A DNA stretch of 64,000 bases from a bacterium. GTDB lineage: Bacteria; RBG-13-61-14; DATKZS01. This document shows positions 1 to 9,815 of the stretch, piece by piece (position 1 is the stretch's first letter; the number at the start of each line of letters is the position of its first letter). The stretch is from positions 736,001-800,000 of the forward strand of contig CAXXFL010000007.1 in the NCBI GenBank assembly GCA_963674965.2. Direction: 5' to 3'. The notes beneath the pieces are model-generated. The model saw nothing but the letters and a program-made list of their open reading frames with translations, had not been told where the DNA came from and did no database searches. The position numbers and the translations under genes are program-made.

Positions 1-150
1 ATCGAGATCAAGGACCATTACAGGAAGACCGCTCTGGACATTTTGTCCGCCATGGACAAGGTCTCCTTCTATTCCATGAAAAGGGGTGGGGACCTGGAGC
101 GGATGGCCGAGACCGTCCATTCCCTGTTCGGGTGGAGGGACGAAGGATGA
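1..150 (+). CDS. 3' end of an upstream gene of the RiPP-like operon (partial; possibly an HprK-related kinase C-terminus)
   Basis: Frame 1 is open from base 1 (IEIKDHYRKTALDILSAMDKVSFYSMKRGGDLERMAETVHSLFGWRDEG*). Its TGA (148-150) overlaps the ATG (147) of the next gene. The family guess is weak. Confidence 0.6.
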   Translation: MEIKDHYRKTALDILSAMDKVSFYSMKRGGDLERMAETVHSLFGWRDEG

Positions 151-1049
151 AGGCCCCGGGCCATGGCTGGAGTGAGTTTCGCCTTCTGGGCTATGTCGGC
201 TATAGCTCGGGGAAGGCAAGCCCGGCGGAAGTCGAGAGCCTGCTTGGAAACGTTCCCGCCTTCAGGGAAGGCAAACTGGGCTCGGGCGTTAAACACGTTC
301 CCCTGGCGACGGGTCGACTGGCCCTCACTCTCGATCACCCTGGCCTTGGTCCGGTATTTGTCAAGCTCTACGAGGATGACGCTCCCGACCCGGCGCGTGA
401 ACATAATGAAGGAGGACCTTCGCGGCCGGACGAGTCTTTCCTTTTGAACGTCGAGCTTTTCGAGGCGGGGATTAAAGTCCCCGAGCCGCTTTTATTCGCG
501 GCCGAGGAAAAGTCCTCCACTGAAAGGAAATTCGTGAGCGTAAACGGGGCCCTTATCGGGCACGAGCCGCTTCACGATTTCCTTTTTCAAGTATATCGCC
601 GCGAGCCCGCCCCACTGGAAAAGAGGCTGGCTTGGACGCGGGAGGTAACGTCGGCTATAATCGAATTGCACAAGAAGGGTTACGCCCATGGCGACATGCA
701 GCCGCTCAACGTCCTGGTGAAACTGGAAGAATCGGGCGGGCTTGACCTTGTTTTTATCGATTTTGACTACGTGAAAAAAATCGTAGGCGAGGCTCCCACG
801 TCCGAAATGACGCGGGACTTGGCCTCCATGGGAGCGGCGTTGCAGAATATTGTCCCCGAGGACGAACTCCGGGCCTTGGCCGGCTATTATTTCGACTCCA
901 TGGGAGTAACGCCGGATCAAAGGCGGGCGCTTTGCCGTGACCTCGAAGGGACGTACTCGGACCTTTGCGGGGATTTTCGGGGAAGGTTCGAGCGAGTGAA
1001 CGAGGACCTTTTTCAAAAAGCTTTATTGCAACTTAAAAACGAAGGTTAA
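147..1049 (+). CDS. Protein-kinase-like fold kinase (Kdo/WaaP/RIO-like)
   Basis: VFVKLY lysine motif, HGDMQPLN catalytic loop, IDFD Mg-binding motif. ATG at 147 overlaps the upstream stop. Confidence 0.8.
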   Translation: MKAPGHGWSEFRLLGYVGYSSGKASPAEVESLLGNVPAFREGKLGSGVKHVPLATGRLALTLDHPGLGPVFVKLYEDDAPDPAREHNEGGPSRPDESFLLNVELFEAGIKVPEPLLFAAEEKSSTERKFVSVNGALIGHEPLHDFLFQVYRREPAPLEKRLAWTREVTSAIIELHKKGYAHGDMQPLNVLVKLEESGGLDLVFIDFDYVKKIVGEAPTSEMTRDLASMGAALQNIVPEDELRALAGYYFDSMGVTPDQRRALCRDLEGTYSDLCGDFRGRFERVNEDLFQKALLQLKNEG

Positions 1050-1058
1050 GGAATACAC

Positions 1059-2372
1059 ATGATAACGCTGATAAGCTGCATCTTTCCGGATACCAAGGCC
1101 CTGGCCCCTCCCGGCGTCATGGCTTTGGGGGCCGCTTTCAGGGCGGCCGGAGTGGACGTCGAGATAGTCGATATCCAGACTTCTCCCCAGGGACCGGACG
1201 TCCAGCCCGAGGACGTGGTCGAGATGGTGGCGGACAAAAGGCCCGAGATGATCGGGTTCTCCAGCATGAGCAACATGCTTCCCTTCGCCCTTACCGCGGC
1301 CGAGGCCGTCAAGAAGGAATACCCCGAGACCAAAATAATTTTCGGGGGCTGCGGGGTCCAGTCGGTTCTGGCCGAGGTCCTCGGGGCCTACCCCTACGTG
1401 GATTTCGCCTTTCACGGGGAGGGCGACATTACGGCGCCCCAGTTCGTTAAGGCCTATCAGAGCGGGGGAGAGTGGCGGGACACGCCGGGCCTGGCCTTCA
1501 GGGACGGGACGAAGATAGTGATAAATCCGGCCGCTCCCAGGATTCAGGACCTGGATTCCCTGCCCAGGCCCGGATACGACATGCTGGACATGTCCCTTTA
1601 CACCGCGCCCATCGGGCTCATGACCACGAGGGGATGCCCCTTCAAGTGCACCTATTGCGACGGCGGGGCCTGGCGGGGCATGAAGCCCATCAACCGCTCG
1701 GCCGACGGTATCCTCGACGAGGTGGAGGCCCTGGTCGAAAAATACGGGCGCAAGCGCTTCAGCTTCGTTGACGACACCTTTACCGTTCCCCTCCGCAGGG
1801 CGGAGGCGTTCTGCAACCGCTACCTGGAAAGGGGATGCGACTTCGAGTGGGGCGTGCTGGTCAGGGTCAACACGGTCAACGACGAGCTTATGTCGCTCAT
1901 GAAGCGGGCCGGGTGCGGCTCCTTGTATTTCGGGGTCGAGTCCGGCTCCGAGCGGGTCTCCGAGCGGATCAACAAGAACCTTAAAATGGACGTGGTGGAA
2001 AAGGTCCTGTCCCAGGCGAGCGAGAAGTTCGAGTCGGTGACGGCTTCCTTTATCTGGGGTTTTCCCTTCGAGGAAATCGAGGACCTGGAGCAGACCTTCC
2101 TCCTGGCCAGCTACCTGCACACCGTGGGGGTCGAGATTCAAACCCACCTTTGGTCGCCCATGCCCCAGTCGGCGCTGTTCGAGGAATACAAGGACCAGCT
2201 CGTGTTCGATCCCGAGTTCTGCTCCAATATCGCACATAGCAAATTCAGCCTCGACCGCTACGTGGACATGATCGCCTCGAACGCCAAGGTGTTCGCTCCC
2301 TTTTACCACGTTCCCCACCCGGGGTTCGAGAAAAAACGGGAACTCATATCCAACCTGGGGTTCATTAGATGA
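1059..2372 (+). CDS. Cobalamin-binding radical SAM enzyme (class B methyltransferase-like)
   Basis: N-terminal B12-binding region (PPGVMALGA...IGFSSM...IIFGG...GEGD), TRGCPFKCTYC cluster motif, FVDDTF and GVESGS motifs. Confidence 0.9.
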   Translation: MITLISCIFPDTKALAPPGVMALGAAFRAAGVDVEIVDIQTSPQGPDVQPEDVVEMVADKRPEMIGFSSMSNMLPFALTAAEAVKKEYPETKIIFGGCGVQSVLAEVLGAYPYVDFAFHGEGDITAPQFVKAYQSGGEWRDTPGLAFRDGTKIVINPAAPRIQDLDSLPRPGYDMLDMSLYTAPIGLMTTRGCPFKCTYCDGGAWRGMKPINRSADGILDEVEALVEKYGRKRFSFVDDTFTVPLRRAEAFCNRYLERGCDFEWGVLVRVNTVNDELMSLMKRAGCGSLYFGVESGSERVSERINKNLKMDVVEKVLSQASEKFESVTASFIWGFPFEEIEDLEQTFLLASYLHTVGVEIQTHLWSPMPQSALFEEYKDQLVFDPEFCSNIAHSKFSLDRYVDMIASNAKVFAPFYHVPHPGFEKKRELISNLGFIR

Positions 2373-2866
2373 CCGTGAAGGGACAACGGGTTTACCACAA
2401 GCCCCAGGACCACAGGATGGCCGAGTTCGAGGACGAGGCCCAGCGCCTGGCCGACCTCAGGCTAAGTCTCATGCTGTGGCCCACTTTCCTCAAGGTGGCC
2501 CTCATTCATTTTTTCCTGCCCTACGATAAACAGATCAAGGCCCTGGGCAAGGGCCGGCCCCTCTCGAGCGATAAGCTGCCCGAGCGGTGGGCCTTTCACG
2601 CCGGAGACGTGGTCCGGGAATTCATCGACGACATGATCGCGCCCATCCGGCACCGGTCGTGCTACTGGCGAAGCCAGATGCTCTTCGACCTTTTGCCCCG
2701 CTTCGGCTTCGAGGTGAAAATGCACGTGGGCGCCCGGTTCGGCCGGAAGAAGAAAGTTGACAGCCACCTGTGGATCACGCTGGGGGGAAGGATTCTGGCG
2801 GACACGGCCGAGAAGTGCGCCCGCTTCGACGAAATGGAAGTATACGACGGGAGAATCAATGCTTAA
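2369..2866 (+). CDS. Lasso-peptide B2-like transglutaminase-fold leader peptidase
   Basis: SCYWRSQMLFDLL-x-G-x-HVGA...SHLWI...LADT matches the B2 pattern (CLxRS...GV...AHAW...D) with a Cys-His-Asp triad. ATGA overlap with the upstream gene. Confidence 0.8.
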   Translation: MTVKGQRVYHKPQDHRMAEFEDEAQRLADLRLSLMLWPTFLKVALIHFFLPYDKQIKALGKGRPLSSDKLPERWAFHAGDVVREFIDDMIAPIRHRSCYWRSQMLFDLLPRFGFEVKMHVGARFGRKKKVDSHLWITLGGRILADTAEKCARFDEMEVYDGRINA

Positions 2867-3803
2867 TCTCATATTGACCAGGAATTGCAACCGGCGTTGC
2901 AGCTATTGCTTCGCTCTCGACCTTCGCAACCAGAAGGACCCGGAGAAGGTCACCATGAGCGACGAGATGTTCGAGGATTGCCTCAAACTGGCCCGCGACT
3001 CGAGGGCCCCGGAGATCAGGCTGCTGGGAGGCGAGCCGACCCTGCACCCGCGCTTCGTGGATTTCGTGAAGCGGGCCTTCGAGGACGGCCTCAACCTTCG
3101 GGTCTTTTCCAACGGGCTAATACCCGACAAGGTCATGGAGTTCCTCGAGCCCCAGAGCGAGAAGAAGCTGAGGATGCTCATCAACGTGAACCCCCAGTCC
3201 ACCTACACGGACAAGGAATGGGAAAAGCTGATAACGAACCTGAAGGCGCTGGGACGAAAGGCCAACTGCGGGTTCAATATCATGGACCCCGAGTTCGAGG
3301 CCGATTACCTCATCGACGTGATAAGGGACTGCGGCCTCTACCGCGGCATCCGGCTGGGACTCACCCATCCCACCCTCTCGGGAAGCAACGAGTACCTGGA
3401 CTGGGAAAAGGCCCCTGACACCGCCGCGGGCATCATCAAGCTGGCCAAAAAAGCCGACGCCCACGACATTGTCATCGGTTTCGACTGCGGCTTCACCCTG
3501 TGCATGTTCGAGGGTTTCTTCGACGACCTGGTCAGGTACCGGGTGGACCATAAATTCAACTGCCGCCCGGTCCTGGACATAACTCCCGACGGCATGCTCT
3601 GGCATTGCCTTTCCCTGTGGGGCCAGGACGGCGTGCCCCTGGGCCAATACGCCCACGCCGACGAATACCGGGACCATTTCCGGGAAAAGTACGGGATTTA
3701 CCGTAACTTCGGCGTTACCGAGAACTGCGCCGACTGCAAGTATAGAAGGACCGGCAACTGCTCCGGCGGCTGCCTGGTGCGCAACATGCGCGCCTGGAAA
3801 TAG
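2859..3803 (+). CDS. Radical SAM enzyme with SPASM-like C-terminal Cys cluster
   Basis: CNRRCSYC, GGEPTLHP, SNG; C-terminal CADC-x7-C-x3-C. Likely start is ATG 2859, overlapping the B2 stop region. Confidence 0.9.
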   Translation: MLNLILTRNCNRRCSYCFALDLRNQKDPEKVTMSDEMFEDCLKLARDSRAPEIRLLGGEPTLHPRFVDFVKRAFEDGLNLRVFSNGLIPDKVMEFLEPQSEKKLRMLINVNPQSTYTDKEWEKLITNLKALGRKANCGFNIMDPEFEADYLIDVIRDCGLYRGIRLGLTHPTLSGSNEYLDWEKAPDTAAGIIKLAKKADAHDIVIGFDCGFTLCMFEGFFDDLVRYRVDHKFNCRPVLDITPDGMLWHCLSLWGQDGVPLGQYAHADEYRDHFREKYGIYRNFGVTENCADCKYRRTGNCSGGCLVRNMRAWK

Positions 3804-3807
3804 GAGA

Positions 3808-5331
3808 TTGGCCTTGTCAAGCGGTATCAAGGAAAAGTCCGGGTCCGAGCTTAGAGGTCTTCTCGACGGCCTCGAGTCGGTCTCCCGGCCGGAAAAAGAG
3901 GAAATCCTGGGCGCGGCCATCGCCTCGGGATCGGCCGAGACGCGCAAAAAAGCTCTGTCATTGATGGACCCAGTCAGCGTGGACGCCCTTTTGCCGGAAC
4001 TGGTGAAAACCCTGGCCGACGAGGACGATGATAACGCCCTTATGGCCTGCCGGCTCCTGGCCCGCCATCCCCTGACCGGCTTTTTCATGAGGGAGGGACC
4101 GGAGCCCGACCGGTCCGCCGGCGTGAAGGACGTTTATTTCACCGACGACCAGATCAGACGGACAAGGGACGCCTTCGACGGCCTGGCCCGGGGCATGGAC
4201 CAGAGGAAGCGAGACCTTTTAATGGAGCTTCTGTCCATGATGGACGGGCTGGATAACGTGACCGACCTCACTCGGATCGGCGCCGGGATCGAGGACGAGA
4301 GCAGGTACCAGGCCCTTCGCCTGATGCGGGAGAGGAACGTCTACCCTCCCCAGGTCACGGCCGTGCTCAACTACAACTGCAACAAGAAGTGCCCGTACTG
4401 CTTTACCGAGGAACTCCTGCACCAGCTCCCGGCCCCCACCACCAGGGAGACCTTTATGAAGGTCCTGGACTGGGCCGCCGCCGCGGGGGCCGACCGGCTG
4501 CCCGTGACGGGAGGCGAGCCCACCCTGCACGGCAACGTGCTCGAGTTCGCCCGGGCCGTCCGGGAAAAGGGCATGAAGACCTTCTTCTCCACCAACGCCC
4601 TCGGGCCGGAGGCCATATACGACGAGCTGCCGGCGGAGGCCGTGCAGTCGATCACGGTCCACGTCCTGGATGAGGACGAGTACGTCGAGGGGGAGAGGCA
4701 AAGGGCGGAGCGGAACCTTAAGGTCCTCAAGGACCGGGGCTTCGAGATCATCTTCCGCTACGTGCTGGCCAGAAAGGACGTCGAGAAATGGACGACCCTC
4801 CTCGAGCTGGCCGACAAGATAAGGCCCGCATCCGTGTCCTTCAGCCCCGCCTTCCCAGGGCCGGGACGGGCCGACATGTCCCGGGAGGTCAGGAGCATCA
4901 TCGACATGAAGCGCGACGTGACCCGCCTGATCGACGAGCTCGACGCCCTCGGCTACCGGGCCATACTGGCCAAGCCCATACCCCTTTGCATGTTCGACCG
5001 GGAGGAGCTATTGGTCTACTCCTCGCGGGCCTTCCTTAAAAACGTGTGCGAAATCTACCGAAACGGCTACACCAACAACGTGCTAGTCAACCCCGACCTC
5101 ACCGTCTTTCCCTGCATGGCCCTCTCCCTGCCCGGAGGCGACCTGAAAAAACTGAAGGACCTTCGCGACCTGGGCAAATGGTCCCGCTCCCTCGTCGAGC
5201 CCCTCCAGGTCAAGGTCCTCCTGCCCGAGTGCGAGACCTGCCAGCTATGGCACATGAAACTGTGCCAGCCCGCCTGCCTCAGCTACTGCCTCACCCCCGA
5301 CCAGCTCGCCGGCCCCGCCCCCAGGTGCTGA
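3808..5331 (+). CDS. Radical SAM/SPASM-like enzyme with N-terminal helical (HEAT-like) extension
   Basis: About 180-aa helical N-terminus; CNKKCPYC, TGGEPTLH, STNA; C-terminal CETC-x7-C-x3-C. Confidence 0.88.
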   Translation: MALSSGIKEKSGSELRGLLDGLESVSRPEKEEILGAAIASGSAETRKKALSLMDPVSVDALLPELVKTLADEDDDNALMACRLLARHPLTGFFMREGPEPDRSAGVKDVYFTDDQIRRTRDAFDGLARGMDQRKRDLLMELLSMMDGLDNVTDLTRIGAGIEDESRYQALRLMRERNVYPPQVTAVLNYNCNKKCPYCFTEELLHQLPAPTTRETFMKVLDWAAAAGADRLPVTGGEPTLHGNVLEFARAVREKGMKTFFSTNALGPEAIYDELPAEAVQSITVHVLDEDEYVEGERQRAERNLKVLKDRGFEIIFRYVLARKDVEKWTTLLELADKIRPASVSFSPAFPGPGRADMSREVRSIIDMKRDVTRLIDELDALGYRAILAKPIPLCMFDREELLVYSSRAFLKNVCEIYRNGYTNNVLVNPDLTVFPCMALSLPGGDLKKLKDLRDLGKWSRSLVEPLQVKVLLPECETCQLWHMKLCQPACLSYCLTPDQLAGPAPRC

Positions 5332-5494
5332 GACCGCCCCGAACGCGCTAAAACCAATACCCGCCGGAATAAAGCGCCGGGCGGGAGAAGCGGCTTGGGG
5401 GGAGCGACGCGTGAAAGTGAGAGGTCGTGAGCGCGGGAATTCTTCGGGTTCCCGCCTTTTAAATATAGCGCCGACGCGATATTATAAGAAAACC

Positions 5495-7681
5495 ATGAGT
5501 GGAATACGCCAATACGCCGCGGTAATTATCATGACTCTTTTCCTCGCCGCGTTGCTTGTCCTTTTCGGCCGGGTTGACGAGACGGCGGCTGGGGAGGAGG
5601 CGGCAAAGCCGGAACTGGTCGTTCAGACCGGGCACGATTTCTGGATAAGGGGACTCGCGGTCAGCGGGGACGGAAGACTCTTGGCCACCGCCGAGTCTTG
5701 GAGTGACGTAAAGCTTTGGGACGCGAAGTCCGGCCGTCTGATCAGGAACTTTATTTGCAAAGACCCGATCTGCGTCGCGCTAAGTCCGGACGGCGGGCTG
5801 CTTGCGTGCGGCGACTATAACCGAACGATAAAAATCTGGGACACGTCCTCCGGGAAACTGGTACGTGAACTTAAAGGCCACGCCGGCAGCATCAACTCGG
5901 TCGCCTTCAGCCCGGATGGAAAACTTCTCGCGTCGGGATGCGGCGACCTTACTATAGTATTCGAGCCAGGCGCGTACGGTCTTCCATGGGGAAGCGGAGA
6001 TTGCACCGTCAAGTTATGGGACGTCGAGTCCGGCAAATGTCTATCCACTCTCAAGGGACACGATAAAGACGTCAACGCGGTGGATTTCAGCCCCGACGGC
6101 AAACTGATTGCTTCGGCCGGCAATGACGGGACCGTAATCCTCTGGCAAGCCGCGACGGGACGTGTCGTCCACAGGATTCAGGCCCACTCTTACAAGGGCC
6201 ATCCCGCTCGTTCCCTGTCGGTTCGTTTCAGTCCGGACGGAAAACGGGTGGCAAGTGGAGGAGAATTTGAACTGAAAATTTGGGACGTCGAGTCGGGGGA
6301 ACTCATTAGGGAGTTCAACAGTTCCTACAGCGAGGTGTTTAGCGTCTCATTCAGCGGTGATGGAGAGCTTGTCGCGGCCGGCGGACGAGGCATCCTCGTC
6401 TATCACGTCGGATCGGGGCAAAGAGAGAGATACTTTGATACTGACAATGGCCTTCTCACGCCGGTCGCTTTCAGCCCGGATGAGAAAATCTTGTATTACG
6501 CCTGCTACGAAGTTGTCTCCGAGGATTTGGAAACGGGCAATCGGATATGGAAAGCGGAAGCTCACAAGTTGACGACGCATTGTATCTCCGTCGGCAAGGA
6601 TGGACGCTATCTCGCCTTGTCCGGTTGCGAGAGGAACTCGGCTAAAATCTGGATATGGGGCTTGAAGTCGGGCGGCCTTGTAAAAAAGATTGGCCCTGAC
6701 GTTCATTATATTACCTCGCTTGCCATCAGCCCCGACGGCAAGTCGGTAGCCGCTCAAAGCCGTGACGCGACGGTCAAGTTGTGGGATATCGGAACTGGAG
6801 AAGCCGTTCAATCCTTTAAAGGACATGATCACGGCATGATAAGTATCGCCATCAGTCCTGACGGCAAAATAATTGCGGGGAAATCGTACAGGCTGATAAT
6901 TCTTTGGTACGTCAAGACCGGCGGCCAATTAACGACCATTAACGACAAGTATGACATAACGGCTTTGGCTTTCAGCCCCGATGGATCCCTGCTCGCCGTG
7001 GGAGACGAAAAAGGCATTATCAGTCTGGCGGATTTCGCTTCGCGCGAGGTGGTAAAAGAAATGGATGGCCACGCCAGGAGCGTTAATTCATTATCATTCA
7101 GTCCCGATGGAAAATTATTGGTATCCGGCAGTGGAGCGGATTTCGTTCCCCATAGGACCGGGTTTTTTTACGACGTGTCCTTTTCTAAGAGCGACGATAA
7201 TACCGTCCGGATTTGGGACGTCTCCTCTGGGAAGAGCGTCCGGACCCTAAGCGGACATACGGACTTGGTCAAGGCCGTCGTCTTCAGCCCGGACGGAAAG
7301 CTTATCGCGTCCGGCGGTAATGACGCGACCATCAGACTGTGGAACGTTGAGGACGGGAGTTTAATCGGCGTCCTTACCGGCCACGCCGACGCAATTGATT
7401 CCCTTGCCTTCAGTGGTGAGGGGAATCTATTGTTTTCCGGAAGCGGGGACGGCACGATTAAAATGTGGGACGTAAAAAACCGATCGCTTCTTTGTACCAT
7501 CGTTCCGTTGCTTGAAGAGGAGTGGGTGATTTACTCGCCCGACGGCTTTTTCGACGCTTCCGAGAACAGCCAAAAATATTTAGGATGGACGATAAACGCG
7601 GAGAACTCCTATTCCGACGATTACTGGGACCGATACTTCCGTCCGGGACTTCTCGCCGAGATTATCCAGGGGCGGGACTGA
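5495..7681 (+). CDS. Exported or membrane-anchored WD40-repeat beta-propeller protein
   Basis: N-terminal hydrophobic segment, then many GH...V.SVAFSPDGKLLASG..D.TVKLWD repeats. Confidence 0.92.
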   Translation: MSGIRQYAAVIIMTLFLAALLVLFGRVDETAAGEEAAKPELVVQTGHDFWIRGLAVSGDGRLLATAESWSDVKLWDAKSGRLIRNFICKDPICVALSPDGGLLACGDYNRTIKIWDTSSGKLVRELKGHAGSINSVAFSPDGKLLASGCGDLTIVFEPGAYGLPWGSGDCTVKLWDVESGKCLSTLKGHDKDVNAVDFSPDGKLIASAGNDGTVILWQAATGRVVHRIQAHSYKGHPARSLSVRFSPDGKRVASGGEFELKIWDVESGELIREFNSSYSEVFSVSFSGDGELVAAGGRGILVYHVGSGQRERYFDTDNGLLTPVAFSPDEKILYYACYEVVSEDLETGNRIWKAEAHKLTTHCISVGKDGRYLALSGCERNSAKIWIWGLKSGGLVKKIGPDVHYITSLAISPDGKSVAAQSRDATVKLWDIGTGEAVQSFKGHDHGMISIAISPDGKIIAGKSYRLIILWYVKTGGQLTTINDKYDITALAFSPDGSLLAVGDEKGIISLADFASREVVKEMDGHARSVNSLSFSPDGKLLVSGSGADFVPHRTGFFYDVSFSKSDDNTVRIWDVSSGKSVRTLSGHTDLVKAVVFSPDGKLIASGGNDATIRLWNVEDGSLIGVLTGHADAIDSLAFSGEGNLLFSGSGDGTIKMWDVKNRSLLCTIVPLLEEEWVIYSPDGFFDASENSQKYLGWTINAENSYSDDYWDRYFRPGLLAEIIQGRD

Positions 7682-7771
7682 AGATTATTTGGCTTTGCGG
7701 CCCATGGCCGGTCAGGCCGGAAAAATTTCCCCGGGCGCGGAACGAAAACGTTCGGGGCGCTTCTAAAGGTA

Positions 7772-8764
7772 ATGCGGCGGGAAGAACACCGGGCGGTAAG
7801 GGCGGTGAGGCGAGTGATTACGCTCGCGGCGGCCCTCGCGGCTCTATGCACGGCGGCCGCTTTCCTGGGAAGGTACTGGCCGCTGATGGAACTGCTTTGC
7901 CACTTTAGGTTTCAGTACCTCATCTTTTTGGCTTTCGCCGCGGTGGCGTTCCTGGTTATAAAGGCGAGGCGGGAGGCGGAGGTCGCCGGGGTCTTCGCGC
8001 TCGCGAACCTGGCGTTCGTGCTTCCGGCTTTCGTTCCGCCCAAGTCCGCCGAGGCCGGGCCCGAGTATCGGGCCGCGGTTTTTAACGTGCACCGCTCCAA
8101 TTCCGAGTACGGCCTTACGAGGGATTTCATCCTCGAGTCGAGGGCGGACCTGGCCGTTCTCCTCGAGGTTGACGCCAACTGGGTCACGGAGCTGTCCCCG
8201 TTGTCCGAGGCGTATCCTTACTCGATTCACCTTCCCCGGCCCGACTGTTACGGGGTTTCCATTTTCAGCAAGTACCCGGCCGCGGTCGCGCCGGACAAGG
8301 TCGGTCCCGAGTTTCGCCAGTTTTTCACGTGGTTCGAGGTCGCGCTTCCAGAGGGCGGGCTGACGATGATCGCGGTCCACACTTACCCGCCCTCGAGCCG
8401 TTACCTTCACCGGGCGCGCGACTTTCAGCTCCGGGAGCTGGCCCGGCTGGCCGCCTCGGCGAAGGGCGACTTGCTGTTGTTGGGAGACCTGAACGCCTCG
8501 CCCTGGTCGCCTCGCTTCCGGGACCTTCTCGAGGAATCGGGTCTTGGCGACAGCCGCCGGGGGTTCGGGGTGCAGCCCACCTGGCCGTCCTTTTATCCGT
8601 GGCCCATGCGCGTTCCCATCGACCACTGCCTGGCCTCGGAGGGCATGGCCATACTCGGCCGCCGCGTGGGTCCGGACCTGGGCTCGGACCACCTTCCCGT
8701 GATCGTGGACTTCGCTTTTGCCCGGACGGGCCCTTCCCCTATTTCAAAGTCTGCAGATAATTGA
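7772..8764 (+). CDS. Endonuclease/exonuclease/phosphatase family protein with N-terminal TM helices
   Basis: FNV, LLEV, GDLNA, IDH and GSDHLPV motifs. Confidence 0.88.
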   Translation: MRREEHRAVRAVRRVITLAAALAALCTAAAFLGRYWPLMELLCHFRFQYLIFLAFAAVAFLVIKARREAEVAGVFALANLAFVLPAFVPPKSAEAGPEYRAAVFNVHRSNSEYGLTRDFILESRADLAVLLEVDANWVTELSPLSEAYPYSIHLPRPDCYGVSIFSKYPAAVAPDKVGPEFRQFFTWFEVALPEGGLTMIAVHTYPPSSRYLHRARDFQLRELARLAASAKGDLLLLGDLNASPWSPRFRDLLEESGLGDSRRGFGVQPTWPSFYPWPMRVPIDHCLASEGMAILGRRVGPDLGSDHLPVIVDFAFARTGPSPISKSADN

Positions 8765-9815
8765 CCAGGGTCTTCAATTCGTAATCGTTGAGGTCGAAGC
8801 CGGGCCGGCGGGAGACCATCCCCTCCCTGGGTCCCTCGGGGACGCTTTTCTTGAAGTGGTCCGTCAGCCAGGCCTTGTCGCGCCTCGTGGCCACCTGGTT
8901 AAGGTCCAGTGCCCCCTCGTGCTTTTCGTTAATGGCCTTGAGGTCGATCTTGTCCCATCCCTCGAACTCGTGGCAACCGGTGCAGTAAAGCTCGTCCGCC
9001 AGCTTCTTGCCCTTGTCCGCCGAGGCCGACGGGTAGCTCTTCTCGGCGGCGGCGTATTCCTTGAAGCCGTCCCTTTCCCCGAGGGAGTACATGTAGACCA
9101 GGATCAGATGCATGTCCTTGTCCGGGTCGTCGATGAGTTCCTCGTCGTCGGAATAGAAGAAGTTTGGCATCTTGGTGCCGGGGATGAAGGCCTGGGGATC
9201 GACCAGCCACTGGTAGTTCCAGTCCACGTTGAGGCGGTTATAGGTATGGATGAAGTCGGGTCCGCTCTGTCCCTTTTCCGGGTCGATCACCTTGCCCTCC
9301 AGGAGGTGGCACTGGAAGCACTTGTAAAGGTTGAAGGCGTCCTTCGCGGCGGTGAGGGTGGCCGGGTCCTTGACGTCCTTGACGGGGGGCATGTCCTCGG
9401 GGACGTACACGTCCTTTTTCAGGCGCAGGGTCATGAGGAAACGGGTCAGGTCCAGGGCCTCCTCATCGGTAAGGGCGAAGTTCGGCATCTGCGCGTGAAG
9501 CTCGGGCCTGAGGTGGAAGGGCTTCTTTAAAAAGGAAAAGACCCACTCGGGCCGGCACCGGTTGTACTCGAAGTCCAGGCTGGGAAGTATCCGGAGGCCG
9601 CCGGGCGCCATGAGCGTGTGTTTTTCCGCTCCCGGCATGATATGGCAGGTATGGCAATGGAGGTCGAGCACCATTTGCTCGCCGGTGGGCGGCTTCTCGC
9701 CGGGAAGCAGCTCCCACGCCCCCGCCGGCGCGATCAGCAGGGACGCCGCCCCCAACGTCGCCAGGAGAAGCATTAAAGCCAAGGTCATTCGCCGTCTTTT
9801 CTCGCTCGCCATCAT
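8739..9815 (-). CDS. Exported triheme cytochrome c
   Basis: Signal peptide; CHTCH, CFQCH, CTGCH; distal Met motifs (QMPNF, KMPNF). ATG 9815 overlaps the upstream TGA. Confidence 0.88.
   Translation of the reverse strand: MMASEKRRRMTLALMLLLATLGAASLLIAPAGAWELLPGEKPPTGEQMVLDLHCHTCHIMPGAEKHTLMAPGGLRILPSLDFEYNRCRPEWVFSFLKKPFHLRPELHAQMPNFALTDEEALDLTRFLMTLRLKKDVYVPEDMPPVKDVKDPATLTAAKDAFNLYKCFQCHLLEGKVIDPEKGQSGPDFIHTYNRLNVDWNYQWLVDPQAFIPGTKMPNFFYSDDEELIDDPDKDMHLILVYMYSLGERDGFKEYAAAEKSYPSASADKGKKLADELYCTGCHEFEGWDKIDLKAINEKHEGALDLNQVATRRDKAWLTDHFKKSVPEGPREGMVSRRPGFDLNDYELKTLVNYLQTLK

Noticed and set aside
2369-2866. Calling the locus a lasso peptide cluster
   Set aside because: No lasso cyclase or precursor visible in the window; B2-like peptidases also serve other RiPP classes.
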